DNA of 64,000 nucleotides from Anolis carolinensis (Eukaryota): NCBI RefSeq assembly GCF_035594765.1, contig NW_026943819.1, positions 17,596,703 to 17,660,702 of the forward strand, read 5' to 3'. Shown piece by piece: positions 63,947 to 64,000 of this stretch (position 1 is its first letter; each line of letters starts with the position of its first letter). The notes under the pieces were generated by a model. It saw only the letters and a program-made list of their open reading frames with translations, ran no database searches and was not told where the DNA came from. The position numbers and the translations under genes were made by a program.

Positions 63947-64000
63947 CTATAAAGGAGAGAAAGGAAAGCAAGAACTTGTACAAGTTGAGCTGTAGATGAC

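Overview
Vertebrate genomic DNA, most likely an Anolis-like lizard (Sauria SINE, CR1, Dong/R4, Penelope, Helitron and hAT/Tc1 MITE families). The window is a tandem array of secreted Kunitz (BPTI-type) genes, all on the minus strand, each built from a promoter plus signal-peptide exon, one or more phase-1/phase-1 Kunitz exons (168-183 nt when intact) and a short terminal exon. I count 8 signal exons with promoters, 10 intact Kunitz exons, 6 disrupted ones and 4 recognisable spliced terminal exons. Family A (3 genes, 0.1-10.6 kb) encodes cationic two-disulfide Kunitz peptides that lack both Cys14 and Cys38, resembling conkunitzins. Family C (14-64 kb) has hypervariable reactive loops (P1 Tyr, Arg, Lys) and has formed multi-Kunitz genes by separate fusion events. 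Gene conversion, splice-donor shifts and pseudo-exon reuse are also visible. Transposable elements fill much of the remaining sequence and include a minimal hammerhead ribozyme in a Penelope element. All exon joins were read manually from splice signals and lack transcript support. Element family names are recognised from memory, not from a database search.
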